Source: Fistulifera solaris (taxonomy: Eukaryota). Taken from it: a stretch of DNA of 28,196 nucleotides. Made by a program: the position numbers and the translations under genes. Below the pieces are notes generated by a model. It was not told the origin of the DNA and did not search any database. It was given only the letters and a program-made list of their open reading frames with translations. The stretch spans positions 558,001 to 586,196 of the forward strand of contig AP026154.1 of assembly GCA_030295235.1 (NCBI GenBank), written 5' to 3'. Shown here piece after piece: positions 1-11,899 of the stretch (position 1 is the first letter of the stretch; each line of letters begins with the position of its first letter).

Positions 1-137
1 GATGCTTAAATTGACGGTTCTCTTCCTTCACTCAATCAGATGTGACTGTTATTTTCCACATGTATAGTTTCACAATATCACATAAAATTTGTATTACATT
101 ATAGTTGTTCGCAGTTCTTGTAATATCGGTTTTCACC

Positions 138-635
138 TCATCCGTCGGCCCCATCCACGGTGCATCTGATTTCGCATTTCGAATGCGGACGATCCAACAA
201 GTCACCGCGTACAGCGACAAGACAAGTCGAGTCGGGCTCGGGGACGGAAACTTGACACGTTTGCGTGTTCTTGGGAAGAGTTTGCCTGCAATCCCACCCG
301 TCCCAGTTGTCGTTTAAGCGAGGACGATGCTCGTAGGTCAAGTACATGTCAACGCGCGACGTGACGTCGAGACAAGTAGTCGTACAGTTGCAACCAACAT
401 CGGCTTCTTGGAAGACTTCGAAAATTATCCATGCATTTTCGTTCAAATCGAATACCTCTGTAGCACCGGAATCGATCACCCGGGTCGTAAGGCGATTGAA
501 GCAACTCACGAGCGCGGTCGTGAAGGTGGCGCGGTCGCCGAAAAAAGCGACAGCGTGATTCTGCGAGGAAATGCTAAACAAGAAAACCGAAAGGGCAGTT
601 ATTTTAAGACTCATTGAGACATAAGAAGACTTCAT
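138..635 (-). CDS. Secreted Cys-rich PPC-like domain protein, paralogue 1 (165 aa from MKSSYVS)
   Basis: Hydrophobic N-terminus (ITALSVFLFSIS) and shared motif SRVDMYLTYEHRPRLNDNWDGWDC...NTQTC...VAVRGD. Start at the ATG at 635 was chosen by alignment with the three paralogues. Confidence 0.8.
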   Translation of the reverse strand: MKSSYVSMSLKITALSVFLFSISSQNHAVAFFGDRATFTTALVSCFNRLTTRVIDSGATEVFDLNENAWIIFEVFQEADVGCNCTTTCLDVTSRVDMYLTYEHRPRLNDNWDGWDCRQTLPKNTQTCQVSVPEPDSTCLVAVRGDLLDRPHSKCEIRCTVDGADG

Positions 636-2203
636 GATTTTGATGGCTTGCTTTTCTAGATTTCCTTCCAATCGGTTCTTCTTGACTGGGAAAATAATGT
701 GATGCGAGATGAAAGATTGCAAATTGCAATGGGCGACAGAGATGTCAAAGAATTTGTTTACTTTATCCAAGCGACCCACCCATCTACGAAATTGTGTACT
801 AATGTCATGATGACAAAGAACCAGTCATTGTGCAAGTCATTGTTAAACAGACCAACATCCAACATATTATTCAATAGTGTTTTTAGAATGCGTTCGCTCG
901 TTGGTAGAAGCGTCTCTCGCAAACGGAATCCGAAGTCTGCACCCAAGCAAACGAGAATGTGTCCTGCCACCTGCCACACAAGCCACATGGGTGTATTTGT
1001 TGAGATCGATCAGTCTGAAAGAGAGATAGCAAACTGCGCCTTGGTTTAGCGCGCCGCGTTAATGTGTGATGCGTACCAAATGCGTTACCCACGTTAAGTT
1101 TAGTTTGAGAAAGACGGCAAAGAATGTGAGCTCTGACTATGTCGTCCTTCCCGCTGCTTCTTCGACCGGTCTACTGTCCCATTGAAATGTTTCAATGGCC
1201 ATCAACAAATACCCTTGAGTTGTGAATCAATATCGTCCAGATTGTCATTGCCATAAACAGCCTCTTGTCTTTCGAAATGATGGCCAGCCTCCTCTTACTC
1301 GTTGTCTTCATCCTTGTTTTTCTCGATCACACTGTCAACATAAATTCTTTACCTTGACACAATACAATCCACTGATTTCTCAACTGGCCGCCGAGATACT
1401 ACCACGACGATTCAAAATTCAATTGATACAAAACGCCATGACAAGCCCTGTTGTGATGATGCTGCTCGTAAATTTCGTGGAAATTGTGCATTGATTCCAA
1501 TTGAATTGCAAGAGATTTCGTTATGCCAGTGCGGAGAGTTGTCGGTATCACCGTACAAGCCCAAAAAGTTTCTTAGATAGAGCGAAACAGCTGAAACAGA
1601 CACAGTCAGAGCCAGCTTTATCCGAGCAACCTGCATCTCCAGAAAACCAAAAGTTTTGCATCAACTGATCGGATTATTCAAATGGCGAGCGAATGAAGCA
1701 CAAATAAATAGAACAACTGTCGTCTAAATCCATCACAGAACCTGCAAGGCCTGAAGAGGACGCGGTTTTCTTCGACTGGGCAGGAAACCACGGAAGAAAT
1801 GTACAATCAAAGCAACCTTATGGATCCATAGAGCATATCACTTGTAAATCCAGAATTTTGCCTCAACCAGTGAAGGAGATATTCGTACTACGTACGAAAA
1901 TGAAGATAAGATGGTACAAATAATTCGTACTACTTTGTTTGTCCTTCTATGTCCGTGCTTCTGTCGCACCAAGTAGCACGTACCGGTAGTAGTAGTACGG
2001 AGTAAACCAGTTGCTAGCGACTCCGCACTCTAATTCAATCACGAACTAACTTGAAGCAAATCATCATCGTCGACCCATTGCCATCGGAAGACATCCGAAC
2101 GAAAAACAATTCTCGACACCACAATGCTTCATTTATTATAAGATCTGTCACCACCCATTGACAGCCCCCATTCTATTTTACGAGACAAATTAATACTACG
2201 ATA

Positions 2204-3091
2204 ATGGAGCGTAGGAACTGCCGAAACGACAACTGCACGCAGCAACCACGACCCAAGTTTCGGATGTTATTGGTGCTGTTGGTAATCTCCTGTTTGCACT
2301 TGTTCCCTACCGTACAAGCTTTCTCTCTTCTGCAATCGCGACATGCGCCCACAATAATTTACTTCGAGCCAAGATCTTCGACATCACTGTATGCGAGTCG
2401 ATGGGGGATTCGCTCGAAATTAAAATCGTTCGTGTCGCGTATCGTGCGACCCCGAACGAAAGCTCCTCCTGAGATTGCCACTGACGAACCAGTGAATGCA
2501 TATTTTATTACAAATCATGAAAACGTAACAGACAAGGCAACACCACTAAACGACGAAACATTATTATTATTATCTACACCACCACAATCGACAAAGTCAA
2601 CGACCACTCATCAAGTCGATTTGACCGGTTCTTGGAAATTAATCGTCGATGATGTTTTCTTACAACAATATCAAGACTATTTGACAAAATTGGGGCAGCC
2701 GTTTTGGGTACGATCGATTGCCTTGTCAATTGTCGCGCGGACGACCGAAGAAACGAAACAAACATTGCAAGGTGAATCACTTTGGATCAAAGGGACCAAT
2801 GTGCGTGGTACTTGGGAACGAACGTTGTCGACCACCACGTCAAATGCCACGTTAGTGACGGCCGATGGAGAAACGGTTCAATATGAAGCATGGTGGGAAG
2901 GACCGGTGCATGTGTCCTGGTTGCGGGGTGTTCAAAAGTACGGGGGTGGATCGTTTGAAAGTCGACGCTTTTTGAAGGATGCTTGTTTGGTGTGCGAATC
3001 GACGTTTCATCCGATGGATACGACGCGGGATACGGCATGTGTCACTTGGACGTTTGGACGATTGGATAGAGACTCGGCAAAAAGCTCCTAA
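2204..3091 (+). CDS. Probable plastid-targeted protein with FABP/lipocalin-like C-terminal domain
   Basis: 295-aa ORF. Signal peptide ends VQA-FS (ASAFAP-like) and is followed by a Ser/Arg-rich transit-like stretch. DLTGSWKL...YQDYLTKLGQPFWVRSIA resembles the N-terminal calycin/FABP motif. The true start may be the later MLLVLL. Confidence 0.65.
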   Translation: MERRNCRNDNCTQQPRPKFRMLLVLLVISCLHLFPTVQAFSLLQSRHAPTIIYFEPRSSTSLYASRWGIRSKLKSFVSRIVRPRTKAPPEIATDEPVNAYFITNHENVTDKATPLNDETLLLLSTPPQSTKSTTTHQVDLTGSWKLIVDDVFLQQYQDYLTKLGQPFWVRSIALSIVARTTEETKQTLQGESLWIKGTNVRGTWERTLSTTTSNATLVTADGETVQYEAWWEGPVHVSWLRGVQKYGGGSFESRRFLKDACLVCESTFHPMDTTRDTACVTWTFGRLDRDSAKSS

Positions 3092-4251
3092 CAACAACTC
3101 AAGGAAACGAATCTCATCCCAAAATTGTGTTTAGCTTGGATAAGCCACAATCACAGACAAAGCAACCATGAACAACATTTCTTACAGCAGAGGGAACAAT
3201 AATAAAATGCAACACTATTACTATTACAAAAAAAACATTCTTTTCGGGTCGAGCTACGAAAAGCCGGCTCAACCGCGGATAGCACGACTGGGTGTTCATT
3301 GAAAAAGGCGGTCGATAGCGCTACAAACTACTCCTCCTTCACATCTACATCCAACTTCTGATGCAGCATTACCAGCCGCGGCATGTTTCTCGTAACTGCC
3401 GAAGACTTCCTACCATACTCGTTTCGTCAAATAGACTTCTAGAATACTAAGCATCTACCTTGTGTGTTTGTCCTTCAAATTCATCCAACTTATCCGTTTG
3501 ATTGTGCACCGGATTCCGATAAATCAAAACATCTATTTTGAAGATTCTTGCTCAAAATATCTCTGACAAATTAGCTTAATTTACCAACGTTTTTCTTGGG
3601 ACATAGTTATTTTCCCTTTTGAACGTTCCGTGGTTCGGATCGCGATGGTCACCTACGAAGTGGATTTAAAATTTCGAATTCAAAATTGCGTCAAAACGCC
3701 CCTTCGCTGTTTGGGCTCTAGAGAAGTGAGAAGCCGCGACAACGATTTATTTTCGTCGGTTTACAAGTGCGTTGCTTTAGTTTTTCTGTTTCCATTGTTC
3801 CTTCGCATGTGCTTCGCTGGGTAAAAGGTAGAAGGGCATGACGGGCAAGTGGGAGACTTTTTATCTCTCACTGTTTCATCTCATCTTGGCCCTTTGCCCA
3901 TTGCCCATTTATAATCACTGCACTGATAACAGATAACAGACACCAGACACAGGCATTGGGAGTACAGTTGACATTTACATAGGCGATTCACGATTCATCA
4001 CTCATGACTTCTGACCCACGAGAGAACAGATATCGAAGTCCCAGGTAGAGTGTACAAAGTACTGACATATTTCTGAAATGACGCGAAGACTCCGGCACCA
4101 GAGAAACAAAGAGCAAAGAACATCTACTTTCCATTGCCAAGTCATAAGTCAAAAAACCATTACTTGTGCCATTACCCTTCGCGCTTCGCCCTTTCTCGGG
4201 TTTTGCCCACATTTTTTTTAAAATAAAGTTTCGAACACCATCGACCATACC

Positions 4252-4887
4252 ATGTCATCTTCCTTTGTCTCTACCAGCTTGCAGGTAACCGCTCTGTTGG
4301 TCTTCTTGTTTGGTCTTGCCTCACAGAAACATGCGGTGATTTCCTTTGCCGACCGAACGGCATTTGCCACGACCATCGTCAGTTGCTTCAATCGCGTGAC
4401 CACCAAGGAGATCGACGCAAATGCTCCCCATGAGTTCTATTTGAGCCAGAATGAGTGGAAGATCTTCAAGGTATTCCAAGAAGCCGATATTGGCTGCGAT
4501 TGTCAGGTTATGTGTTACGACGCCAGGTCACGTGTTGACATGTACCTGACATTCGAACGTCGTCCTCGCCTGAACGACAACTGGGACGGCTGGGATTGCG
4601 ATGCAACGCTGCCCTCGAACAACCAAACTTGCAGTGCACTTGCCCCGGAACCTGATTCTCACTGCCGCGTAGCTGTGCATGGCGATTCTTTCGAGCGACC
4701 TCATTCAAAGTGCTCGATTATGTGTAACGTAGATATCGCCCAAAATCCCTGCGTCGCAAACCCAACGGACCCTACTTGTTTCTGCCTAACCAATCCGGCC
4801 AGTCCAACTTGCCTTTGCCTACTAACACCAACGAATCCTTCTTGCTTTTGCGTTACAACTCCAACTGACCCTTCCTGCAATCCCTAG
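4252..4887 (+). CDS. Secreted Cys-rich PPC-like domain protein, paralogue 2, with C-terminal Cys/Pro repeats
   Basis: 211-aa ORF with signal peptide, the RPRLNDNWDGWDC motif and an extra tail of four 11-aa repeats. Confidence 0.85.
   Translation: MSSSFVSTSLQVTALLVFLFGLASQKHAVISFADRTAFATTIVSCFNRVTTKEIDANAPHEFYLSQNEWKIFKVFQEADIGCDCQVMCYDARSRVDMYLTFERRPRLNDNWDGWDCDATLPSNNQTCSALAPEPDSHCRVAVHGDSFERPHSKCSIMCNVDIAQNPCVANPTDPTCFCLTNPASPTCLCLLTPTNPSCFCVTTPTDPSCNP
4750..4878 (+). repeat. Four 33-bp coding repeats (CxxNP/TPxxPxCx)
   Basis: CVANPTDPTCF / CLTNPASPTCL / CLLTPTNPSCF / CVTTPTDPSC. Confidence 0.9.
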
Positions 4888-5028
4888 TAAAAGGAACTAA
4901 AACTGTCGCCCGGAATAGTTTATTATTTCAACATTTAATTTGCTTGATGTTAGTCACATTGCCGTTGAGCTAAATTAATGCTCCGAACTTAGTTTACTTC
5001 GCAGAGGGCTAGCAAGGAGATGTTGCTA

Positions 5029-5453
5029 TTACAACGTCGTCACCACCTTATATACATGGCAGGCAAAGATGTTCTTCAAAGTCTCACACAATGTATTCGC
5101 AGTCGCCAAATCAACACTCTTCTTGGTTTCCCTTGCTGCATGCATAACATCGTGATCAGCTTTAAAAACTGCTATGAAAAAATCTTCGTTGTCAAATATT
5201 TGCCTTTCAACCCGTTCATCCATTGCACCGGCTTGTTCATATCCTGCAGATCCCTACCAACCGCCTTGTCTAGTTGACCGATTTCGATCATCGATTTGCG
5301 GATTGCCGTGGCTCGCGTTTTCAAGTCGGCCACTGCTTCCAAGTCTATACTCTTCGTTGTCTCCCTCGCTGCATGGATAACATCAGTATAGATGAAAGCT
5401 GCCACGTAAAAGATCTTGTCTTCAAACTCGCTTCTCGCGACGCGCTTCCACAA
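5029..5453 (-). pseudogene. Broken ORF with internal duplication of about 235 bp, unknown function
   Basis: Two overlapping frames carry DVIHAARETTKSIDL and DVMHAARETKKSVDL. The DNA similarity is visible at about 5116-5150 versus 5350-5384. Confidence 0.35.
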
Positions 5454-6231
5454 ACAAAACTCCCCGATCGTCTTGATGATTTCGCTCGCATGCTTATTTT
5501 CTTTTCATCCAATGCACTGATTTGGTCAAACCCTGTAAAATGGTTGCAGCTGATGTTGAGAATCGCATTGCAAAATATTGGAAACAGGTGACTTCAGTTG
5601 ATAATCGCGTCCAATCAGGACAGCAATAGATATCGTTGAAGAAACCGAGTAAAGATAACTTTCGTTTTTACTTCAGATTCGCAAACAACAATTTGACCTT
5701 TGAGCACTTCAGCCTCGTCCCGTGCGATGCAGCTTGGCACTGCTCGCGACGAGACTGACGTATTTCTCATGACACTGAATTATTTGTGGCCACGACGGTT
5801 TAATTTCTTTCCAGGTTAATATGGCATATGGCTGGATCATCGGAATCCTTTCCAACCTCCGTCTTCTGTTTGTCACCATACAGTGCACGTCTCGTCCGTC
5901 GTGTCTCCGACGCCGGACAACCGATCCAGCGATCCAGCCGTCTGTATCTCAAATAATAGCCTGGTTGTAAAAAGGCCTCGATTGAACGGAAACAAAAGTC
6001 CATACTCTCCAAGGATGTGTGATAAAACAAGAATTGGTCGTTCCGGTGCCGTTGGTGTACTACGTACAAAGTACTACAGTATTGAGCTTGCTGCTCGCGC
6101 TTGAATTTTCTCACAACACACTACACGACGCAAAGGATCGTTCGAACGTTTGTTTTGTTTTGTTTTGTTTCATGCTTCCTTACTTTGTTCTCTTCGAAAA
6201 GAATAATAATGCATCAAGCAATTAGGAAGAG

Positions 6232-8019
6232 ATGACGGCAAACAAGAAAATCATAAATTGCACGGAAGACGCTGTTGCAGAAATGATACAAGGATTGTTG
6301 CGGCAATATCCGGAAACATTAAAGTGTTGCGAAGCTCCCTATCAAAATATTCTCATCGGTTCTCATTATCATACCAAAGAAAGAACTGCCGCATCTTTTA
6401 CTCCTATTTCTCTGATAAGCGGTGGAGGCAGCGGTCATGAACCCAGTCATGCCGGTTGGATCGGTTGCGGTATGTTGACGTCGGTCGTCTGTGGAGGAAT
6501 CTTTGCGAGTCCTTCGATTGCTGCCATTCGTGCGGCTTTACGGGCCGTTCCTTCCGATGCGGGAATCTTGGTCATCGTAAAGAATTATACCGGCGACTGT
6601 TTGAATTTCGGCATGGCGATTGAAATGGAAAACACTAGCAACAATACTTCACCGATTGAAATGGTAGTTGTCGCGGAGGATGTCGCCTTGCCGCGAGAGA
6701 AGGGCGTTACCGGAGCACGGGGTCTTGCTGGAACGGTTTTGATTCACAAAATTGCGGGCGCGGCCGCTGCAGCGGGTTATTCGTTGTCACAAGTCGCCAC
6801 GTTAGCTCGAAACGCGTGTGCTAGGATGGGGACGTTGGGGATTGCGTTGGAAACGGTAGCGGTTCCGGGTGCTCCAGCAACGTCGTCGAGTCGTCTGCCC
6901 GATGATTGCTTTGAAGTTGGATTGGGGATACATGGAGAAGCTGGATTGAAGCAATGTCCTGCCATGACGGCGAATGAAATGGCAACCACGATGATTGTGG
7001 CCATACAGTCGTACGGTCGCATTATGAACGACGACGATGATACAATTGTCCCCATGTTCGCGTCGGGTGATGAAGTTTGTGTATTGGTGAACAATCTTGG
7101 CGGTACTTCGGAATTTGAAATGTCAATTTTGGCCAATGCTTGTGTCACAGAGTTAGAAGCGGTGCATCACGTCAAAGTGCGATTATTGTACGTGGGAACG
7201 TACATGTCGAGTTTTAACATGCATGGAGCGTCCTTGACGATTTTGAATTTGACCGACGAAATGATTGAATTATTAGAAGCTCCCACAAGTGCACCGGCAT
7301 GGAAGAAATGTCAATATTCAAAAGATCCGAATGCAATGGTTCCTGTGCCTGTTCCACCTGAATTGAAAACTAAAAGTACTTATAGAGCTCTACCACCACT
7401 GATGATCCAAGACTTTTCCACCGTTGCAAGAAAGATGGTCGCTGCTGCAGCACAAAGCTTGATTGACCATGAACCATTGATTACGAAGTATGATACTATT
7501 GTAGGCGACGGTGATTGTGGTTTGACCATGAAACGCGGAGCCGTGGCTCTTTTGAAATGCAAACACTTGGACACATCGCATCCAGTTCGATTGTTTACGC
7601 AAATTGCCGATCTTGTTTCGAGCAGTATGGGTGGAACATCGGGTGTCTTGTTGGAACTAGGCTTTCGGAAAATGGCCACTTACATGTCGCGTGCCAAGGA
7701 TCGGAATATTACGGCGAGAGAACTTTTTGCCGCGTTTCAGCAAGGTGTTCAAGCTATAAGCTTCTACGGAAGAGCAACACTCGGAGCGAGGACCATGCTG
7801 GATGCTCTGATTCCGGCCAGTCGAGTTGAAAACGCAGATTTGTTACAAGGCATGGCACAAGCCGCTCGTCACGGAGCCGACAGTACAGCAACTATGGGAA
7901 AAGCAACGGCCGGCCGAAGTAATTATCTTTCCGAAGTGTCGCTGCAAGGCACACCGGATCCTGGCGCCATTGCCATGGCGCTGGTCTTGGAAGCCATAGC
8001 GGCAAGTGTCTCATCCTAA
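6232..8019 (+). CDS. DAK1: Dihydroxyacetone kinase / triokinase-FMN cyclase (Dak1 + Dak2 domains)
   Basis: 595 aa with ISGGGSGHEPSHAG, IVKNYTGDCLNFGMA, GLGIHGEAG, VNNLGG, GDGDCG, MGGTSG, RTMLDAL and PDPGA. Confidence 0.96.
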   Translation: MTANKKIINCTEDAVAEMIQGLLRQYPETLKCCEAPYQNILIGSHYHTKERTAASFTPISLISGGGSGHEPSHAGWIGCGMLTSVVCGGIFASPSIAAIRAALRAVPSDAGILVIVKNYTGDCLNFGMAIEMENTSNNTSPIEMVVVAEDVALPREKGVTGARGLAGTVLIHKIAGAAAAAGYSLSQVATLARNACARMGTLGIALETVAVPGAPATSSSRLPDDCFEVGLGIHGEAGLKQCPAMTANEMATTMIVAIQSYGRIMNDDDDTIVPMFASGDEVCVLVNNLGGTSEFEMSILANACVTELEAVHHVKVRLLYVGTYMSSFNMHGASLTILNLTDEMIELLEAPTSAPAWKKCQYSKDPNAMVPVPVPPELKTKSTYRALPPLMIQDFSTVARKMVAAAAQSLIDHEPLITKYDTIVGDGDCGLTMKRGAVALLKCKHLDTSHPVRLFTQIADLVSSSMGGTSGVLLELGFRKMATYMSRAKDRNITARELFAAFQQGVQAISFYGRATLGARTMLDALIPASRVENADLLQGMAQAARHGADSTATMGKATAGRSNYLSEVSLQGTPDPGAIAMALVLEAIAASVSS

Positions 8020-9214
8020 CAGCCGTGAAAGTCAAAGTTGAGTCCAGTTTGTTGACCCATGTCTTCTCCATCATAGTGATCATACAAAGATAAGATATGA
8101 TATATCTATTGAAGCCTCCTCTTGTCGACCATGACTTGTTTTGAAAAACATGGTTGTTGCCTACGTGGTACCTAGCACCTAGCCAACGAGAACTGACACG
8201 GCCTTACCTGGTAGGGATGAGGTTGCTTTCGGACGCAGTTGAAGTTTCAAGGAAAAACAGCTGTTTTTGATATTTTTCAGTCCAGGATGTATCGATTTAA
8301 ATTTCGACACGATTTGGACATTAATGTCGAAAAAATTCAAAAGATGTGTTCATAATTAGCATGTTTCTCTAATTGTTGGGGGTTCAAATGTCGCATTTAA
8401 TTTGTATAAGAAACAAAGTACGATTCGGTAAAGAAAAGAGCAACGGTATCCTTTCCATCAACCCATCAAAAAAGTTGCACGCCCGTCCACAAACGAAAAG
8501 CCATCAACATCAAGCGAGGGGGACGACATTTTTGGATCCATCGTCTTTTCGTGCTCTCCAAAATATGATGCTCAATTAGCAGCACGATTCGCATTATTCT
8601 TCAAAGTCAAACAGAGCTACTTTATTACAAAAACCCACCTTTTGCGATCGCAAGAAGGACTTCATTCGCCGAGCAGTGACGAACGCGAGAATTGGCCCTG
8701 AATTTTCGCGACGCCTTGCACCTCTCAGCGTCTTGTGTTCCGGAAGGGTTATCATTTTGCAGCGTGTGTCGGAGCAGAATCCATTCAGTCCGCAAACGCT
8801 TTTCATTTGACTGTCGGCGCTCCTCTTCACGTCAAACAGAGCTACGGTACCCCTCTTATCGACGCGCACCCTTTCGTCGTCTCCGAACTGTTCGTGTGTT
8901 CTGTTCGGGTGTCTGACAGACTGCATTTTCTGAGTCTTTGCAGCGCAGTGACCAGTGACTCCTGTCGGAATTGCTCTCAGATATTGTGTACAACGGTCAC
9001 AAGCGGTCTTTACTATCCACTTTGCTGTATCGCGGTACTCGTATTCTGGGGTACAGTGCAGTATCAACGGAATTCAATTCCTGCTTGCGGAATTGAAGCG
9101 CAACAGTTTCGAACGCTTTTCGCGCTTGCTCGAACGTCACACGGTCGGCGTCGCTCACTTTCCTGATCGGATTTTATCTCCTGTTGCTCATTTTATTGGG
9201 TTCATTTGCCAACA

Positions 9215-10240
9215 ATGCGACTTATCAAAGCCGCTGTTTCATTCGTAGCCGTTTCATGGGTAGAAGGGTACGTCACAGAAGGCCCATGGTCACAACCGCC
9301 CGTCAGCGAGCTGAAAGCGGCTACAATCGCCCCATCACGGCGTGGCTGGTATCGGCGTCGCAGTAATAACGACTCTCCTACAATTATTGATAAACGCCGG
9401 CGACGAAATTCAGAGCCACCGTCGATTGATTTGCAGGGTTTTTCCACACAACCTGCTTCCGTGCGAAGCAAGCAAAGTCTTTTCCAATCACTGACTTGCC
9501 AAGGTGTTGCTTCTTTCGTGTCTCGACTCATTTCACGTGGCGCTACGAAAGGTGAAGCACACGTACAAGTACGCTTGCATCATGGACTTCGAAAACTGCT
9601 CTCCAGTGGTGTACTTCATGCCGATGCGAGCTTGGTCATTCCTCATCATCTTCATTTCAACGCCCTACGATTTTCCAGTGGTGTAGTGGAAGCAAGTGAC
9701 ATTCAATTGCATGTAGCCACGCAACAATACTTGGAACCATTTACCTTAACGGCAAAAGATGTACAACTGACGGCAAGCGATTTGATGGAGTCACCGTGTA
9801 TTCGACACGGTCTGCGGCGTCTCTTGACGCGCGTGCTGGTCTCCGATTTTGCCGTTTGTCGCATTGATGACATTCGTATACACGAGGGAACAATGGTCTT
9901 ACTTGGAACAGTGACAACAATTTTAGGGCAGCGAGTTCCTTTCCAAGTAGCTAGTGGGCTCGCGGCAGTCAATGGAATGCTCTTACTCGAAGACCTGAAT
10001 ATCCATGTCAACGGCATCCCGGTCCGAAAGTTTCCATTACTCAGTCTCCACATGGGACCAAATACGTTTTTGGAGAGCGTCGTGTTGAAAGAAGACACCA
10101 TGCATGTCTCTGCCAAGGTCATCATTACGCCCGATTTGCAAGTCGTGCCGCAAACGGTGTCACAAGACGCTACGTGGACGTTCGATGTCGGACGATGGTT
10201 GACACAAAGAGGTCGCTTTCACAACCATTCGACGGGTTAG
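9215..10240 (+). CDS. Signal-peptide protein of unknown function, possibly DUF2993/LmeA-like
   Basis: Long intact ORF from the ATG at 9215 (MRLIKAAVSFVAVSWVEG-Y). YLEPFTLTAKDVQLTASDLMES and the beta-rich C-terminus loosely recall DUF2993. The domain call is weak. Confidence 0.6.
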   Translation: MRLIKAAVSFVAVSWVEGYVTEGPWSQPPVSELKAATIAPSRRGWYRRRSNNDSPTIIDKRRRRNSEPPSIDLQGFSTQPASVRSKQSLFQSLTCQGVASFVSRLISRGATKGEAHVQVRLHHGLRKLLSSGVLHADASLVIPHHLHFNALRFSSGVVEASDIQLHVATQQYLEPFTLTAKDVQLTASDLMESPCIRHGLRRLLTRVLVSDFAVCRIDDIRIHEGTMVLLGTVTTILGQRVPFQVASGLAAVNGMLLLEDLNIHVNGIPVRKFPLLSLHMGPNTFLESVVLKEDTMHVSAKVIITPDLQVVPQTVSQDATWTFDVGRWLTQRGRFHNHSTG

Positions 10241-10891
10241 CTCCTTTTGTATATAGTTTTAATTCAATATTTAGTTGATGCATAATAAATTTCAAGATAA
10301 TAGTTCATTGCATTGAGATGTGTGAGTCAGACGAAATACTTTCCGTTTTGGGAACACGAAGCGACATAATAATCGGACCGCTTATTCCCTGTTGAAAACC
10401 GGTCACCTGTCCGATCGATCGGCGAAGTCCGAAATGACCGTGAGAGGGTGGTTTTCGGTTTTCTCAAGCGCAGGTTTTATGTGTGTTTCGGTCCTTCGCC
10501 GAATCGTGTTACGAAACGGAAAGTCGATGTTGAGTCTCCACCAAAATGTCCATGGGTACGGTATTAAGATTGCTAAGTAAAGGATTCCCTTTCCGTTTTG
10601 TTACGTCTTTATTTTTTGCTCTGTCACTTTGACAGTACATAGGGTAACAAAAGAACGTCAATGAATGACGTAATGCATGACTTATGTCTTTTTCCGCGAA
10701 GCCGTTTCTTGACGAGACGGTTTTCATTTTCATCGGTTTCCATCCTAATAAAGAAAACGGGTCAGTCACACGAAACATCAAGAACATTATTTTACAAGCT
10801 GATCGATTCGTAAACCCACAAAAAGGGAAGCTCATCAAAAACAACAACATCACAAAAAAGGATCTATTTGATCTTAACATACGAAGAAAAG

Positions 10892-11740
10892 ATGAACGCA
10901 TTTACCATGACGCTCACCTCGACGGAGAAGCGCGAAGAAGCGAAAGACAAGATTGCCGTCTTGCAACGCCAAGAAGCCACCACATATCGCCGACCGTTGC
11001 CGTCTTTTGGCTCCGATAAGCACTGGAGACAAAGCATTGTCGAATGGATGTACGACATTGTTGATTCGGCTAGTATGCAACGTGATGTCGTCGCTGTGGC
11101 TTCCTATTATCTCGATGCTACGTCGGTTTCGACGCGTGAAGAATATCAATTATGTGCGATGACTGCCTTGCAGCTTGCGATGAAACTTTATTGCAGTTCT
11201 TCGATGAGCTGGTCGAGTCTAGTGCGACTGTCACGCGGAGCCTTCAATGAAGACGACATTCGTGTTATGGAGAATCGCATTCTCGAGTCCTTGAAGTGGC
11301 GTGTCCATCCCCCAACGGCCAATTGCTTTCTTCGAGAATACCTGCAGTTGCTGCCCGAGAGCGTTGATACCAATTCACTCTACCGTCTTGAGCAAATATC
11401 ACGCTTTGTCACTGAATTTGCGAGCTGTTTGAATTCATTTTGCCAATATCAGCCCTCGCATTTGGCCTTCGCTGGAATGTGCGTGGCGATGCAGCGAATG
11501 GAGGTTGGGATGGTGACCAATATTCACGAATGCATTGAAGCTCACACGGGAATGAACTTTGACGCTATTACGACGCTGTGGACAGAACTGCAACAAAGTC
11601 TCGCTCACAATGTGTCCTTGCATGAATTGCAAGTCAGTATGGCAGCACTGTGCTCCCCGGTCCCGAGAGATACCGTTTCGCCCTTGGTCATCAAACCAGT
11701 GCTCCAATTCGGCAGGTCGCCTCGTCAAGTATCCTGCTAA
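10892..11740 (+). CDS. Cyclin (diatom-specific cyclin type)
   Basis: Cyclin box WRQSIVEWMYDIVD...RDVVAVASYYLD...YQLCAMTALQLAMKL...MENRILESLKWRVHPPT, and a C-terminal SPRQV. First ATG is at 10892. Confidence 0.92.
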   Translation: MNAFTMTLTSTEKREEAKDKIAVLQRQEATTYRRPLPSFGSDKHWRQSIVEWMYDIVDSASMQRDVVAVASYYLDATSVSTREEYQLCAMTALQLAMKLYCSSSMSWSSLVRLSRGAFNEDDIRVMENRILESLKWRVHPPTANCFLREYLQLLPESVDTNSLYRLEQISRFVTEFASCLNSFCQYQPSHLAFAGMCVAMQRMEVGMVTNIHECIEAHTGMNFDAITTLWTELQQSLAHNVSLHELQVSMAALCSPVPRDTVSPLVIKPVLQFGRSPRQVSC

Positions 11741-11899
11741 GACCCGAGTATGCGCTGTGCGGTGCCATAATCTATGTGTTTGTATGAATAACAATCATTG
11801 TACAACTATTAAAAGATTCTAGAAAACAACAACGACAACATATGACTTACTACTCTAGTTTCACGTAACGATCAAGCAGCTTCAACATCAGTATTTCAA

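Noticed and set aside
636..779. N-terminal extension of the 213-aa ORF
   Set aside because: Alignment with the paralogues and the signal peptide position place the start at 635.
699..1800. Short ORFs on both strands, with a faint LRR-like NEISCNSIG
   Set aside because: No continuous frame or convincing motif. They may be a decayed gene but I cannot support a call.
8594..9170. Overlapping 143-157 aa ORFs on opposite strands
   Set aside because: Non-ATG starts, no recognisable domain, and stop-interrupted alternative frames.
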